From positions 1-64,000 of the forward strand of contig CAVUUR010000010.1 in assembly GCA_963744715.1 (NCBI GenBank): 64,000 bases of DNA. Direction: 5' to 3'. This DNA is from an uncultured bacterium. Its GTDB lineage: Bacteria > Babelota > Babeliae > Babelales > JACPOV01. A program made the translations under genes and the position numbers. The notes beneath the pieces were generated by a model. The model worked only from the letters and a program-made list of their open reading frames with translations. It was not told the origin of the DNA and did no database searches. Positions within the stretch are counted from its first letter, which is position 1, and each line of letters begins with the position of its first letter. Below, one piece after another: positions 61,693 through 64,000 of this stretch.

Positions 61693-64000
61693 ATGCATAT
61701 TGCGTTACGTAATGGTTTTTTTCGAACCTATCTAGGTTGGTTTTTACTAACAGCTCTTTGCATTGCAGGTTGTTTTTTTTCTTATCATTATTTTCACAAA
61801 GCATTTCCTATCGCTGATTTAATAATAACAATGAATTCGCATGAAGCATTGGCAAAAGCACGTGAATTATCGACACGTTATCAATGGGGGCCTGAACATT
61901 ATCAAGAGGCTGCTTCATTTGAATCTGATGAAGAAACAAAAAATTTTATTGAACTTGAAGGGGGCGGAACCGAAGCGCTCAAGAGCATTATAGAAAAGCA
62001 TTATTATTGTCCATATTTTTGGGTTGTACGGCATTTTAAAGAAAATCAGCCGAATGAAACATTGATTTATTTTACGCCAGAAGGCAAACCGTATGGATTT
62101 AACCAAAAATTAGCAGAAGATATGCCAGGTGCTGCATTAACAGCGCAAGAAGCACAAAAAATTGCACTGCAAAAAGCGCAAATTGATTGGCAGATTGATC
62201 CTAGCAATTATACGTTAGTTGAATCATCACAAGAAAAAAAACCTAATGGCCGCATCGATCACACGTTTGTTTATGAGTATAAACATGAAATGATAGGGAA
62301 TACTCCTTACCGCCTGCAATTGGTAGTTAGTGGAGATTCTTTAACAGAATTGCTGTTATCAATCAAAATTCCTGAATCATTTACACGCCGTTACACGCAT
62401 ATGCGATCGGCCAACAATCTTATTGCTTTTATAGCTAATATTTTAATGCTTATTCTCTATATCTGTTGTGGTTGTATTGGCGGATTTTTTTATTTGATGC
62501 GTCATCATTGGCTTATTTGGCGTCCCGCATTTTGTTGGGGATTACTTCTTGCTTCACTTCAGGTACTTAACACTATCAATACCATACCATTGCTATGGAT
62601 GACGTATGATACTGCCTTTGATAAAACTACCTTTTTTTTCAATATTTTTCTTACCTGTTTATTGCAATTATTAGCATTTACTTTTCTACTGACCTGTATT
62701 TTCATGATTGCGGAGGGATTAACGCGCAAGGCCTTTGGCAATCATATCCAATTATGGAAATTGTGGTCTAAAGATGCCGGATCTTCTTTGCAAGTAGCAG
62801 GAAGGACCATCGGTGGATATTTAGTAATCGGGTTTGATCTAGCATTTGTAACGTTAATGTATTTTTTTGCTTCTCGTTATTTAGGATGGTGGACTCCGTC
62901 AGAAACGTTATATAATCCTAATATTTTGGCTACCTATATGCCGTGGTTAAGTTCAATTGCACAATCACTTAACGCGGGATTTATGGAAGAATGTTTATTC
63001 AGAGCTATTCCTTTAGCTGGAGCAGCACTAATAGGCAGATATTATAAAAAAGAGTCATGGTTTATTGCTATTGCATTTATTGCACAAGCAATTATTTTTG
63101 GTGCTGCTCATGCGAATTATCCAACACAGCCTGCATATGCAAGACTTATTGAACTTATTATTCCGTCAGCAATTTTTGGCGGTATCTACTTAGTTTTTGG
63201 GCTTCTTCCTGCGATACTTTCTCATTTTGTATTCGATGTATTTTGGTTTGCTTTACCGCTTTTTATTTCTACAGCCGCTGGAATATGGATTAATCAAGTA
63301 TTGGTTATCGTTTTTTCCGGTATACCATTGTGGGTTGTTATATATCGACGCATACAACACGGGTCCTTCGATGAGCTTCCACAAAAGTTATATAATTATG
63401 CCTGGGTTGCTAAAGAAGTTTCTCAACCAGTTCCTACGGCGGTACAGCCAGATGCTCCTACAGTTGTTAATGTTAATAAAGCCATACAGCCATTGTGCAT
63501 AGTATTGGGAGCAATAGGATTGCTTGGTTGGTTTTTTACAACTCATTTTACACAAAATAATCTTCCTCTATCTATCAATAGAACTGCGGCAAGAGATATT
63601 GCAACTGCAATTTTGCATGAACACAAAATAGCATTACCACCTGCAACATGGGAATCAAATGCTTTAATTGAAGCGAATCTTGATGATCAACATCTTTTTG
63701 TGTGGCGTATTAGTGGTAAAAATATGTACAAAAAACTTATCGGTACTTATTTAGCACCGGCGTTATGGAAAATTCGGTATGCGCAATTTGATGGTGATAT
63801 TGTAGATCGTGCAGAAGAATATGAAGTATACGTAACCGGTAATGGTTTATTATCACATCTTCATCATCAGCTACCAGAAAATCGTCCTGGTAAAGAATTA
63901 ACTGAGCAAGAAGCGCGAAATAAAGCATATACATTGGTGCAAAATGTTTACCACGTTGATCCTAAAAAATTAATCGAAGTTTCTGCTATTTCATCAAAAC
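61693..64000 (+). CDS. Large CPBP/Abi (CAAX-protease-like) intramembrane metalloprotease, partial (runs off right edge)
   Basis: Manual translation from ATG 61693 (MHIALRNGFF...), no stop seen to window end; motifs EECLFR, FGAAH, SHFVFD; absent from ORF track because it has no stop. Confidence 0.85.
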   Translation, partial: MHIALRNGFFRTYLGWFLLTALCIAGCFFSYHYFHKAFPIADLIITMNSHEALAKARELSTRYQWGPEHYQEAASFESDEETKNFIELEGGGTEALKSIIEKHYYCPYFWVVRHFKENQPNETLIYFTPEGKPYGFNQKLAEDMPGAALTAQEAQKIALQKAQIDWQIDPSNYTLVESSQEKKPNGRIDHTFVYEYKHEMIGNTPYRLQLVVSGDSLTELLLSIKIPESFTRRYTHMRSANNLIAFIANILMLILYICCGCIGGFFYLMRHHWLIWRPAFCWGLLLASLQVLNTINTIPLLWMTYDTAFDKTTFFFNIFLTCLLQLLAFTFLLTCIFMIAEGLTRKAFGNHIQLWKLWSKDAGSSLQVAGRTIGGYLVIGFDLAFVTLMYFFASRYLGWWTPSETLYNPNILATYMPWLSSIAQSLNAGFMEECLFRAIPLAGAALIGRYYKKESWFIAIAFIAQAIIFGAAHANYPTQPAYARLIELIIPSAIFGGIYLVFGLLPAILSHFVFDVFWFALPLFISTAAGIWINQVLVIVFSGIPLWVVIYRRIQHGSFDELPQKLYNYAWVAKEVSQPVPTAVQPDAPTVVNVNKAIQPLCIVLGAIGLLGWFFTTHFTQNNLPLSINRTAARDIATAILHEHKIALPPATWESNALIEANLDDQHLFVWRISGKNMYKKLIGTYLAPALWKIRYAQFDGDIVDRAEEYEVYVTGNGLLSHLHHQLPENRPGKELTEQEARNKAYTLVQNVYHVDPKKLIEVSAISSK

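Noticed and set aside
61915..63934. Short ORFs listed in the last 2 kb
   Set aside because: They lie inside or antisense to the long open CPBP protease frame starting at 61693

Overview
AT-rich bacterial chromosomal window. The gene content (dense signal-peptide-bearing hypothetical and ankyrin proteins, an archaeal-type ValRS, a gspF-K cluster) most resembles an obligate intracellular parasite of protists such as Candidatus Dependentiae/Babelota (TM6); that taxonomy is inferred, not proven. The housekeeping backbone comprises gspF,G,H,I,J,K plus an MCE protein, comM, acpS, tRNA-fMet, ybeY, valS, a TMTC-like TPR membrane protein, tyrS, a CCA-adding enzyme, ftsL-ftsI, pgi-zwf-gnd, yicC-yebC-ruvB-rodA, tRNA-Pro and tRNA-His, an ABC-2 exporter, groES-groEL, rpe, a GH1 glycosidase and a CPBP protease running off the right edge. 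Several essential genes (valS, groEL, gspF) are broken by multiple single-base frameshifts, most likely long-read consensus errors. The most striking feature is an ~11 kb tandem array (30.7-41.8 kb, plus an inverted outlier at 45.7 kb) of nine paralogous ankyrin proteins. They share a near-constant signal peptide (MK.xIKKY...FPLQLLSM[EQD]), shuffle two ankyrin module types, and mostly carry SV40-like basic NLS motifs. Seven of their transcription units are preceded by the same ~30-bp promoter/operator motif containing the palindrome TACAA-N7-TTGTA. This looks like a co-regulated, recombining arsenal of candidate nucleus-targeted effectors. Across the window, 19 exported proteins place Met directly after the predicted signal-peptidase site, 16 of them as Met-[E/D/Q/N], which would give eukaryote-like (NatB-type) N-termini. 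F-box-like, BTB-like and ADP-ribosyltransferase-like secreted candidates are also present.
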